The notes under the pieces: generated by a model
The model's database searches: none
What the model was told of the DNA's origin: nothing
What the model saw: the letters and a program-made list of their open reading frames with translations, nothing else
Assembly (NCBI RefSeq): GCF_026571515.1
Contig: NW_026854172.1
Span: forward strand, 248,001-312,000
Direction: 5' to 3'
Length of the DNA: 64,000 nucleotides
From: Ruditapes philippinarum
Lineage: Eukaryota
Shown here: positions 27,226 through 41,000 of the stretch, in pieces
How the letters are laid out: each line of letters starts with the position of its first letter
Numbering within the stretch: the stretch's first letter is position 1
Made by a program: the position numbers and the translations under genes

Positions 27226-30200
27226 CTATAAAATAAATGGTATCACAGCTTTTCTGTCTTTCGGATAATCCTCAAACTTTTGAAGGTAATACCTGTAAAA
27301 ACAAATGTTATTTATTAATTCTTTATCTTCATAAATGCATAGGTACGGAACTGATTTCCTTTACTAGCTTCAATTATAAATCCCTAACAACGCCCAAAAC
27401 GACAACAGGCTCTGTATAACTGAGTTATATGAAACCATATCAAGGTACATTTCCGCCAATCATTACAAAAAGAACCTCTGAAATCTTTGAAAACGGACAC
27501 ACACCGAGCTTAAATTGTGCTAAAGTTCCCTACAAACTTGTCCGGAAGTGAAATTATCGTTATTATGATAATTAAAACAATATTTGAATATAGCGTCAAA
27601 TACACACTTAAGTGCAGTTTCTTATGTGTGAAGAAACTACTAGTATTTCAACAGGACAGAACTAGTCCATGTTGTTTTTATCGAAGTTTCGAACATAAAC
27701 TTTAATATAAATAAAGAAAATACAATAACTTTTACGTTCTCGTGTACAAGCACTTACTGATGATGTTGCCAGGCACGTGGACCAATGTTACAGCACGTAA
27801 AGAACGAGAAAGCTAGAGCTGGAATACACCATGTAGCAATAGCAAACCCCGCCCACTCTAATATCTCACCGAAAAAGTTCGCACCAGAGACAAAGTTAAA
27901 CATTCCACCTGCAATAAAGGATAATACATTACATTTGCTTTTTTGTTTTGTTTGTTTTGCCAGTGTTTAACAATTTAACTATTGAAAACTTTGACAAATT
28001 AACTAGCTAGTGTTTCTAGATTAGAGCGCCAATGTGTTTGTCCACAAATGACTGCTAAATTATGCCGGCGGAGAAGTAATAAATTAGACATAATAACAAG
28101 AATTGTAGCAAACGTAATCGTCACAAAGAAAAAAAGAACCAATGACCGTGCTACTGAACTACTAGTTATAATTGTTTATAACATAGGAACTCGGGAACGG
28201 GACCGCAGATTGCGTCTCATATTTTCGACGTGCAACGTTTTTAGAAATGTCTCTCCTACATCTAAATATCTTTTCGTATTATCCAAGTGTATGGCCTCAA
28301 AGAAAATATTATCAATTAAACACAATTTGTAACTTTTAAAATTGGTCAAATTTTACGGTAGTATTTACTGGTGACGAAAAAGATAACCTATAAAATTATT
28401 GCATGAATAAATTGCAGAATAGTTCAGTCAATGTGCACTGCAAGGTTTTTATGACCCGCATACAAGATAAATTGTGGCCTGTAAATATTGTTCTATTTTA
28501 CCAACAAGGGGGTGCATTACTTTCACAGTGTTCTTAAATGATTGATATATCGAAATTGAAGCAGCGTTTTTTGGAAATTAAGAATGTAAACTGAATTGCA
28601 TGCTTAGAATAAGGTCACTTTGCAGTCATGAATGCAGTTTTAAATTCATACGGTACTATTAAAAATGACTCTTTTTTTTTAATAAAAGTACCAAATTAAA
28701 ATAGGTTTCGTAATTTCTTTCCGAATATGTTTAATATATAATATGCAAGAAAAAAGGCAGACAGGAATATCTAGCTCTCGGGCGAAAAAGCCTCGTTACT
28801 GCCGTAAACAGATATCCTTGCGCTAGATATTCCCGTCTATACCGTCAGTTGATAGTACACAATCATCTGAAGATTACTAAAACTTGAATCACCTTTAGGT
28901 ATTTTGTAACCAGTTTCTCCAGGTTTTCTGAGATTCCTTAGAATATGATCGGAGTGAATATTGACGGCCATACCAAATACAAACATGAAACATCCTGAAA
29001 AATTCAATATCATTTTAAATGATTACCTGATACCATTAAATAACTAACAGAAACAACTGGATGAAAATAGTTCGAGGTTATATAATAGCCAGACTTTATC
29101 ACAATGTACCAAATAGGGAACATATAGGTGTAAGTCGAGATTAATATTAATAGTCTTAGGGGTGACAATCCGCACAAGTCAAGAGGAGCTGTTTTGACTA
29201 TTAACGTTCTTTTCTTGTTCTATTGTAGTTAAAATCATAGGTTACTTACTTCGTATACATGAACAGTGCTAATATTCTTGTAAAATTAACACTTCTTTTA
29301 TGTGGATTGAAATCTACAATATTTTAAACAACTGGAAATATTTAAAACATGTACATAAACAGTAATAATTACCTATATAGATATGTGGTTTCGTCCACCA
29401 GTCAGGACCATATTCTGCGTGATGAAGCAAGTAGGCACTCTGGAGGTAGCCGTTTACTAAACAAAATATCAGTGCCATCAGGAACGGTATAAAAGGTGTT
29501 GGTTTCCCGCCTTTTATTAGGAATGGAAATATACATGCTCTGAAAAAGTTATGTATAGATTCGTTTTATTGAAACAAGCCTTTCCAAAAACACTAAAGTA
29601 CTTAAATAAAATAGTTATAAAATAAGAAATGAAATTATATTTACAAAAATTGTTCAGCTCTTAATAAATACATGCTGTAGACCAAAATCATTTTTAAATT
29701 TTGAGTGAAATAGGTCTAAATTTGAACTATGAAAAGAAAATACATCTTCTTTAATACTCCTATATGATGATGTAGGTCTAAATTTATTTTAGATCTTAGA
29801 TCTATGGAAATTTATATAGAGTTTAGGCACTAACGCTAAAAAATCAAAAACAAAAAATGTAGGATCATAGGGGCCCGGGCATACATATGCATTTAAATAT
29901 ACATGTACGTCAGTGTTTAGAGTAAATTAATGAGTTTGAATTTTGATGACTACGGCGTCCCGTTAGAGCCATCGCGACACGCACATAACTCGAAACAACG
30001 ATGATTCACCATCGTGGTTACGTTATTTCGATATTTCACCATCGTATTTTTAGTTGTGTGTGTCCCGATGGTGCTAACGAGACACCGACTAGCAATTATT
30101 TACGGTAAAATATTTTGCGATGACCTGTACTGTACTGTATTTATTTATAACCCCGGCCGTGTTATGCAATCAATGTTTACATCATGCTAAAAATAGACAT

Positions 30201-30543
30201 TTAAAAGAACTTACCTTTGAAAGTAATGACTCGAATAAAGCATGAAAAACAACATATTTGGCATCACATTATATTTCAGTGCATTCTGGTCATATAGAAC
30301 AAACACCACAGGTATAGCAAACGAAGGAATCTCCTGTACAAACCACGCAAATTTTCCATTTACAAATATACCCCACCCACCACGTGCATAGCGACCGTAC
30401 GGCGCTGTTATCCCATAAAATAAAATAAAAAACACAAGTATTGCTGTTACAAAGTAAACACTTGAGAAAACGTATAATAAAGTTAAATCCATGCGACGTA
30501 TTGAATCAACTGCCTCATTGTAAAAAGTTAAGACTGTCTCCAT
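27226..30543 (-). CDS. SRD5A1: 3-oxo-5-alpha-steroid 4-dehydrogenase (SRD5A1/2-like), paralog B, 271 aa
   Basis: Five exons: 30543-30215, 29539-29373, 28994-28893, 27908-27758, 27292-27226 (TAG). Exons 2-5 have the same sizes as in paralog A (167/102/151/67). Motifs APYGRY, AWFVQEIPS, HYFQR, NIHSDHILRNLRKPGETGYKIPKGG, GPRAWQHHQYYLQKFEDYPKDRKAVIPFIL. Confidence 0.94.
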
Positions 30544-32814
30544 GTTTGACAAAAGTTCATGCAGTATGTATGCTACAGTTGTAGAGCAAAACTATCTACT
30601 GTATTTAAGAGAGTTTATATATAACATTGTGCTAGTGAGAAATTGAGGAGCTTCACGGGGTACTTACTGAATAACTTCCGTATCATATTTGAAAAAAAAA
30701 TTAATCTCGTCCTGCCTAAAACACTCGCGAGAGGGGTTGGTTCTTTTCAGAGAAATATATATAGTATCAGAAGAGTCTTAACCAAGATAATCAGCTACTA
30801 GCAATACATTATTTATGGACAAACCATCCTATATAGATACAATATAAGGAAGCAGTATCGGGTACCGAGGATCAAATTATCAAGATTTTATTCCATAGCT
30901 GTATGGAACTAAAATATATAATATTAGTGTACAGTAAAAAATATGTTAAAGATTACGATCTGCAGAGAAAGAAAGATATTTTGGGATACAATTGAAGAAT
31001 AATAAATTTAAATAAATACAAAAAAGCCGGGTAAAATAAAGGATCTATTTTAGGGTCAATATCAATAATTTAATTAACTGTTAAATGCACACATCTTGTT
31101 AATCAATACGTTTCCTCCATCATAAACATTTTATTGGAGGCCGATTTATTAAATAAACATTACTTTTAAACCCATTAAAATAAGCAATGAAAATCTCATT
31201 ATTTTTGTATTTTGGTTCTGATATTAGAATGGATATTCATTCGGGAAGTTGGGGGAACTCCAATTATCTTGCTATATACACTGTATATTCATCGAATTAA
31301 ATAGCACCGACATATAACAATTCCATGAATTGTTTTTACAGCCATTTTTTTTATCTGCAAGCAAGTTCTTGTCGCAAATCCTTTCAATGCTAGTACAATA
31401 TAGTCATTTATCAGATAAATATACTTATAAATGAGATATTGAGAAATATTGGTGAAATAAAATGCGTATTTTCATTTTCCTTATTTTCACTGTAAAAAAT
31501 ATTGTTCACTGCAGTAAAAAAAAGTATTTAAAATGGTGTCTTGCCGGACTACTTAATTCAGCCAATACAAGATTTAAAAGAGGGGTGTCTTTGGAAATTC
31601 AATTTCAAAAAGAGGAAAAGTGTAATAAACAGTTTTCTAAATGCTCTCATTTAATGTCATATAGACATAAAAGATACAATGATTAAATGAAAATCAATTA
31701 ATATGATTATAATCTTGGCCTCTAAATGGCGCGATATTTTAATCAGCATCATATTATATGAATGTAGATCAATTTATCAATGTCAATTAGACCTATATAT
31801 GTATCGTATGATACATTTTATCATGTAACATTGACACAGAATTTGACTGAACGAAAATTGTGGTTCAAAATGACACAAATTCAATTATACACTCATATGT
31901 GAAGTGATCGTTTTCTTTTACATCCCTAATCTATTTTTATATAAAGTTAAATGTTATTTAAAAGATGCTTACAGCGAAACAAAACATAGGAATAATTGTT
32001 ACTTACGTCATTGATGTATATTATAAACATACATGTATACGTTGCTGTTTTACATTAATAAACAAAAATACGGCAAACAAAATATTACAAAATAAATACA
32101 TAAAATAAATAAATAAATAAATAAATAGAATTGAATTAAAGTGACGTTCAACATCATTTTCCACGTTATTGTCATTTTATCATAAAAAAATAATTAAATA
32201 ATTTTTATTTACTGCTTTACTTCAGTAAACGAGTTGCTTATAAACATACGGCTTTTTTTTCTTTTTGAAAGACTGCGTATGTCAATTAAAATGATTTATT
32301 TTAAAATGAAACAAAAATGGTCTAGTGTTATATGTAAGCGGTTAAATAAATGTACACAGTCGGGCCTTAGATATAGGAAATACTTCAATGAAATAATTGT
32401 GTCCTTAAATGGAATCTTGTGAACAAATATAGACATCTGTCATTAAAGATACAATACACTTAAATATATTGACAATGATTTGACCATAAAAGAGTAAACA
32501 TCAGTTTAAACACGGAGCGCTCCTGGGCGATTAAAATGACTTTGTTGCTATGAGTTAAACATTCAACATGAAAACTCCGCTGACGTGTATCGTAGATTTA
32601 ACATTAATGTTACAAACTTATCTTTAACGGTTCGCTTAATATTAATGATAACATCGCAACATCACAAGAATTATTATGAAAAAATTGTAGATTCCCTTAT
32701 ACATTTATTTACACTCCCAAATTCTAATAAGAGTTGCTATTTTCTTTAAAAAAACAAAACAAAAAAAAAAACAACAAATCATGTTTTATTTTTAATTCAA
32801 CTGCATTTATTATT

Positions 32815-33075
32815 ATTACTTTATCCTGTGCGAAGCAGGAGGGGATTCTAGGAATGCCCTTCGTCCGTAACATTTTCGTGTCCGCTCAATATCTCCCACA
32901 TCATTTGAAGAATATTCTCGAAACTTGGTCCAAATGTTAAGCTCTCTGAGACGATATACAAAAAGCACGAGTCAGTAATTTTTGGCTCAATGTCACCCTT
33001 GAAGGTCAAATGTTTGAGCCTGCGTTTCGTGTCCGCTTCATATCTCCCACTCACTTTGAAGAATTTTCATGAATT
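32815..33075 (-). mobile_element. Truncated HINE-like element, reverse orientation
   Basis: Terminal hairpin cctgtgcgaagcagg, cgtccg remnant and two partial units ttcgtgtccgct.atatctcccac. Confidence 0.55.
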
Positions 33076-35052
33076 ATGTTCCGTTTGTCATACCATGCTT
33101 ATTAGATAACAACCCTTTCTGCTACAGACATCAAAACTTTACTGAGCAACTGACTCCTATTTAGTACTTGTACCTGACATACGTTAAGCTCACAAGTTCA
33201 CTGATAGGGATTGGTACCATCAATCAGTTTGACACATTGTTTTCATTTGAATGTATGCTAGTTCTTTGAAATCTAAACTTTCACATACCGGATTAGAATT
33301 CAAAGTAAAATTATGCTTTAAAATCTAAATTTCTAAAATAAGAAATCGTTCAACTGTGCAAAATAATGGTAAGTATCGCGGTGGGGGATATAGCTGTCTT
33401 TTAGACTGCATTGTTATAACTACATGTAGTTTGTATATTGATAATAAATGTATTTCAATCTCCAGTACAAGTATTTTGTCGATTTTCTGAACGGAATTGT
33501 TGTCCGCAGCAAAACAGAACAGAAAAAAATACTTTGTGAATGACATTTAATTGCAACATACGTTTGTAATGTGAATATCATGTAAACAAAATCAAATGTT
33601 AAGTAATTTTCTGCAAAGATTTTGGAAAGGGGAAATCCTTCCAAACATAAATGGTTGATGAAAATGACTCGGTTTTTATCAAGCCTATTCAGGAGTGCAA
33701 AAGGCTTCAGCGGTATTCAGTCCTCTACACTTGAAGAATTGGAAGCTGTGATAGTTATTTCAGTTATTAATGATTCTAATAGATAATCGTCAGACTTGTT
33801 TAAAATATTACTCCATATAGTATAGATGTATATGCTAATACATGTACATTAAATACCGATAAAGTTCTCAAAACACCATGCAAAGTTACAGTCCTTTCTA
33901 AACATGCATTAGTTTTGTACCCGCAATGATTCAAAAATAAACGTGCTTCACGCTGATTTTGCGATACGGGCTGATTTTTCAAAGACTAAGTTGTACAAAA
34001 TATAAGTCAGATATTATCCATCATATCAAAGTTTGGTAGAAAAGATAGCTTTGTTACTAAAGATTAATCGGGAAGATGTTACCAGATTACATTTTAATTA
34101 ATAGAAGAAAAGTCAACAAGTGTTCAATTAAAGACAAACTAGCAAAATGCTACTTGTATGTAGAATAGAGTACCGCTGTTTTCATGCATATTTATAAGAC
34201 TGATGTTTTAAATATACAAATGTATATACAACATGTACACTGTAGTTTTGCATTTGCTGGAAATTTCATTTGGCATGGGGGTGCCAGGTGAGTCGCAAGC
34301 TTCAAAATGATGTTATTTTTTCAACAGAAACTGCGTCCTTAGAATGCCGTCATTTCGCCGTTATGATTGAAGCATGTATGCAAATACTAGAAAATAGTTA
34401 GGGACGGGATGAAATAAATTTCCATGAAAATTACATTTATTTTGGTAAATCATTTTAGATATGTTAAAATATACAAGAAAATATAACTCTTTACACATCT
34501 CTTTACTGCCCAACGAGCAAGTAAACCCAAGGACCCCGATCTATTTGTAAACTTCATATGTTTTAACGGTCATATGCTTTTTAAATCTTGTATATATATG
34601 CCGTTGGATATTAACTTCACAGGAGCAGGTTGGCCAGGAGCATAACTTAGCAACTATTCATATTACAAGGGAAAAATACAAATCTTGTTTAAATTTTGTA
34701 ATTATTGATTTAATGTAATAAGCAATGATACATTTAAACCACAACCAAGTCATTTTATTTTATGAAATAGCATCAAAGATCATGCTTTTACTTACCCATA
34801 AGTTACATGTATGTTGAGAGTTAATACATTAAACATTTTTTTTTGAAATGAATATTGCAATATTTTCAGCTATCTATTTGAATAGTGATACATGTAATTT
34901 ATTACAACCCATTCATATCAAAATACCATATTTATTGTTTTTGCAACTATATCGAATTTATAAACTTAACAAAAGACATTTCAATAATTCTAGTAACGAT
35001 AATTAGACACATATTTGGTCAGCACATTTAACTAATCATCAAAGGTTTTTTT

Positions 35053-38000
35053 TTAATCAAACCACTCTCCAACTTCTAGTAACACATCATTAAACCAGTC
35101 ATCTATGTCATGTTTGTCTCTACCAGTTTGTTTCTCTAAACCTTTATCATGATCATCATCATCTTTACTAATATCTTCATTGTTGTCAATGTCATCTCCA
35201 GTCTTACTATTCTGTGTGATATCTGAATCATGACTTAACTTTTCTGCTGTGTTAACATTTTGCTTGTCTTTCACTACAGTACCATATTTTGACTCTTCTG
35301 TTTGATCAGTGATTGTTGGAAACTCTTCCATACATTTCATCTCATCAATGAATTCAGTAACTACCTCAAGAGTTGCACCAAACTCCTCAGATTTCAATAT
35401 TTCTAAATCTGATTCTTGCAAATCAGTTTTTAAAAAGTTGGTAGTGACTTTATCCGTCTTAGATCTCAGCAATTTTGGTATTTTACTTGTTCTTTGACTG
35501 GAATCTGAATGTTTCTCATTGTGAGAAGTTTCAAACTTGGCTGACCTTTGGTTTTGATATGAATTATGACTGGTGTATTGTTTATGATTGAAATTGTTTA
35601 CATAATTTCTACCTTTATTCAAATAGATATGTTCAGTGGCATGTGCTATATCCGGACAATGTTGGATTTTATCATGTACTTGTTGAGATAGGCAAGGATC
35701 TTCAGTATTGATGTTAGGACTAGCAGGAACTATCTGGTCATCACAAGCAAGTTGCTGGAACGGAGAAACATCTTTCATACCCTGAATAACATGTACAAGA
35801 TCAGGTGTCATAACCTTGACTTTAGACTGTCTATCAGGGACTGTTTGTGAATCACGTGGACAAGGATCTTCAATGCTTATTTCAGCATGTATGGAATTTA
35901 CCTGATCATCTTCATTAATATGTTGGAAAGGTGAGACATCTTTCATCCTTTGTGTAATCTGCATCAAGTCAGGTGTTATATCCATACATGCATTATGGTT
36001 CTCCATGACTAGCTGCTGGAATGGTGACACTTTCTCCATATCTTCTATAATTGTCCGTATATCAGGAGTTTTGTTTTGATTCACACATTTACTTTCAAAT
36101 CTACTCACACAATTTTCTTCAGTTTGTTTATCTATATCAGACAATGTACCATCATTATTTCTGTGTAAAGTGGCATTGTATAAACTAGGACAGGTGTTTA
36201 TAGTCTGGTCAGTGATTATAATGGAGTTTCTGTTTATATCACTAATCTTGTTACTATCTTGTTGTTCCTCCACTGTCCTGTTACCATGAACATCTGTCCT
36301 GTCACCATTACCAGCATACCCTATACAATCTGTCTGATCTATTACAATGTTTCTATCACTTGTCACAGCATCAGATATTGTTCCGGCATCAAACCAACTG
36401 TCTTGGCTACCCTTTGATTCACTTTGTAACTTTTGATCCATCTGCACATGTAATTTAATGTATATTTCTGTATATGAGCTTAAAGTTCAATATGTCTAGA
36501 CAGGCTTAGAGCAATAGAGAGACTTTAATTAAAAAAATATAGTTAAATGATAAATTAAACAACAATTTGCATTGCAAATAGATTCTTCCTAATGTTAAAG
36601 TAATAATATACATGTATATTCTGATGTAATTGAAATGTTTGATTAACTTTGCATGTGCTCCTTTAATAATGTCTACTTCTTCAATAAAAACATCAATTAC
36701 TTTATACAAAACAAGCAATATAAAATAATATTATAATAATCAATCTAACATTTATAGTTACAACTTGAGCATGTGATAACTGAAAGAGTGAAGCAGTCAC
36801 CTTAGAATTTGAGGAATATTTTCTCTGAGAACCAGTCCACACTGCAGCATGTTTTCTTTGACTGATTTCTGTAAGTTTACATTTCATCTCAACTCCAAGT
36901 TCCACTGTGTCTTTAACCTACGTATTCATAATGTGCAGAAAAAATATATATTAATTTAATTCAAAAGTCTAAAATAGTCAGTCTATTAAAAAAACCAAAA
37001 AAATAAAATTAAAATCTGCTCTTAGTTAGGTTTAACATATTAATATGATTTTGAAATAAGCTCCAATTGCAACTAATATTAATCATTTTCAAGTACATGT
37101 ACTGTACATATTTTGAGTACTGGTGTTCATGAGGAAACATGGTCGTGACCTGATAAGTGCTTGACCCCTAGGTTGAGAGCTAGACATACCCCATTTACCA
37201 CAGGCTATTTTGTTGGTAAGTAGTTCTTAAAACAAAAAATATTGCACTATATATGTTCAAATAGGAAATAAAAATGTTGACTTATGACAGGATTTGTAGT
37301 TTTTTTATTAGGAAGTGAAGTTAGATATGCCAATAATTGTAAAGCCTCTTTATTGAGATTGTCTAAGCAGATGTAAAGAAATTGTGAATGAATACTGAAT
37401 TTTAAATACACAAATTTAAATATTGTTGTTTCATATTATTAAAGTTCATTAAGAAGAATTATTTATACTTTGTTCTTTCATACTTACATTTTACATTCAT
37501 ACAAGCTTTATTTCTTAATTTTAATATGTATTAAACTGATGCTGAATTAGATTAAAAAAAAAAAAAACATACCCTTAAATATTAAGTTAACCATAAAAAT
37601 ATTTATTACCCTTCCAGATTTTGTCCGCCTTTTTGATTGGATATTGATCACCCGAAAGAAATTGATATAACCGAGCCAGACGGGTAATATACACTCTAAA
37701 TTCCCCCGTTGGGTACCCAACATTGAAAACAACATGCGCTGAGGTGATGCGCGTACGGTTCGATTTTACGCGGTGTAAATTCCGATTTAAAAGCACTTTT
37801 TAACTGTCAAATGATAAATATTTACAAAAGTAGAGTAATGATACATATTACCATCAGTATCGAAAACAAATATGACCTTGTGAAAGCTTGATATTAATTA
37901 CAAAAAAAGTGCGTTTAATAGACTACTCCTTTTCTCTTGTTTACAATTGTTAGGTACGGGAAAAATACGTCATGTATTTATGTGACGTTATGTTGTGACG

Positions 38001-41000
38001 AAGAGGTACCCTAAAGGGAATCTTATTTCGACGTTTCATTTGAAACAGCAATGATTTTTTTAAAAATCGTCTAAACTCGGCAGGGGAAGGGTAATAAAAT
38101 TATTATTTTGGTTTTGGAGTGATATATGTGGATATATTACCTGCCAAGATAAAATATCACCCTCGCCTAACGGCTCGGGTGATATAAAATCTTAACAGGT
38201 AATATATCCACATATATCACTCCAAAACCAAAATAACATATAATCTTACAATTTATTTAATAAAACTTTGATATCATCAATTTAAATAGGGGAATGCTTA
38301 ATGTTTAGAGTAGGTAACAATTCTTACCTTCATATATTGTAGAGTGGCTGTTCTAAACTGTTCATTACTACTCATAGAAACAATGTCTGTGACTGCCTTA
38401 CATATACCACTTATACTCCTCATTACTATATCTCTATTCTAGAATAATATTTAAAAATATTTATTACATGCTATTCAGTGGTTTATAGAAATATATCAGT
38501 GATATAAAACTGGTAATTTCACTGTTTGAAACAGTGAAATTACCACTTTGATAATTTCACAGTTTTTAATTTAAGCCCCTTACATTGTTTCAGTGAAATA
38601 CCAGCGTTCACAGTACTGGGTACCAACTTAATGACGTGAGGTCGTAAATGACATTATTTTCATTCAGTATTAGGTTTAATGTCTTTTTAAAACGTTTCTT
38701 TGCATGTAATAAAAAGAAAATTTGTTTAGTTTAGTGTGAGATTGAAATATATTTCACCTTGTGAACACCAAAAGTTCATATTTCACTCGTGGCTGCGCCA
38801 CTCGTGAAATTTACCTTTTGGTGCTCACTCGGTGAAATATATTCCGATCTTACACTGAACTAAACAAATATCCTCTATATATACAAATATGTCATATAAA
38901 AATATAATGTATCTGGAAAACACCATAATTATTAAAACTCTATTAAAAGTTTTCTCGATATATTTTCAAATATGTTTTCAATGTCCATTAATTTACTTTA
39001 TTCAAAATATTGACTTAGGATACATATTATGCTGTATTGTATTAAACTGCATGCCTACAGATAAGCCAACATACATGTATTTCAAGAAAATCAAACTTGA
39101 GAAAATTGTACTAAGATTTAAAGAAATGTAAAAAGATTCAAGTAATAATTTACATGACTTATGTGCGATTAATGACTGATTTTGTAGTATTTATTGTAGG
39201 GATGGCAACGAGTAACCGGTTAACCGAGTACTCGATCGAACGTCCGAATATCGGTTAACAAAATTGATATTCGATTACTCGAAAAAAAAATTTAATTTCT
39301 ACTTTTTTTCGATTTAGAAAGATTAGTTCAGAAATTCGGAAATGTACAGGTATCTGTATAAATACTTGTTAAATGCAATCAAAACATCCTTGCAGAGGTG
39401 TGAAAATGATATCGTAAATTTAACGAGGCGATCCACAGTTTGACCCGCAGTTTGACACGTGTATGGGATTATTACACAGCCCTGTGTCGTTTACATCATT
39501 CGGCCTCTTATGATATTTAATCACCTTTAAAATTATTAGACAGTTTGTAGCCGAAACTTGTTTATTATAAAAACGTAAATAATACGGAATATTATTTTGT
39601 AGCTTTGTATTGTGCTACCTACGTGCAGTGGTGGAAAAAAATGATATCTGCAAAATTGACATTTCTTATGTTTATATTTATTATATCTATTTCTTGCAGT
39701 CCTATTTATAGTTAAGAATTCTATGAATTAAAATAGAAAACGAAAGTGGCATGCAGACGGTGTTGATATTGTGTGATAAAACTTTAATTTAAAGATCATT
39801 GGAAATCATCCGAGTAACCGAGTACTCGATCGGAAAAATGACCGAGTACACGAGTATTGATTTTGGTATTCGTTGCCATCCCTAATTTATTGCCATATAT
39901 ATACTGCGTGTCTAACACAGTAAGGACTTTTTTTGCATATTTTTACCTCTTTTTGGTAATATACGTTGATTGTAAGCCTGATTTGCAATTGGCAATTTGC
40001 AAATTGATATCTTTCTTCCCTTCACAATATTTTTCTGTTACATACATTTTCAAAATTTTCATGAAAATTAGCAAGAATCTGGAGGCATGCTGCTTTAACA
40101 GATTTGAATAAAACTAATTGCAGGTTCATGTATATTTATTTAAAAAAAAAGAAAAAAAGAAAAAAACAAAAAACAAAAAAACCCTCAGTGAAATCTATAA
40201 TCAATGAGGAAATGTATTTCAACAAAGTAAGAACATTTCAGAAGCATTTGCATGTCTAAGTCAGGATCTTTTACTTCTATAGAGTATATTACAGATAGCC
40301 ACAAGAGAGAAAGTACCTTAGCTTTGTTAACAACAGGTTGTAGAAGCTTGTCTGTAATCTTCTGTATGACACTGATCATAGTAGAGGTACATTCTTGTAA
40401 TACTGATGCAACATTCTGGTTCATTTCTTGATAATCTTCAAAATTAAAAACATGACACAAAGATATTAAATATTTACATACATTTGTTATAGACAGATGA
40501 GAATAAAACCATTTACAGTTTTCTGAATAAAGAGTAAAATGTTTATGTGTAAAGTGAGAAACTTTTGAGAAAAAAAAGCCCCAAAACATATATAATTATC
40601 ATATATAATAAGTATACATGTATTTGACTATAAACTTTGATAGACAATGTTTCTAACAGGTTTTGATAAAACACCCCCACTGTCAAATCCCTATGAAATA
40701 TAGACTTAAAACCTTGCTTTAGAGAATACTTCAACCTCAGATAAATATCTTTATGTACCTGCCAATGTTTCATTTGTGTCAGCAAATTGTAGCAGTATAA
40801 AAACTTGGATTACAAAACAACCAATATCACATCCTCTTTCTGATGTCTTTAACCCAACACTGGCATGATGTGGTAGCAATCCTGTAAAATATGGTTAAAC
40901 AATAACTAATACTCATATATGATACATATTTAACACTAAAATCCTAAAATCATAAGGTAATAAAAAATCATTGTACTTGTCATCTTGAAGACTTAAAAAA

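Noticed and set aside
40185-40785. ORFs 40185-40589 and 40543-40785 as a separate gene
   Set aside because: Only 40435-40317 and 40881-40759 are exonic parts of TOP6BL; the rest is intron read-through.
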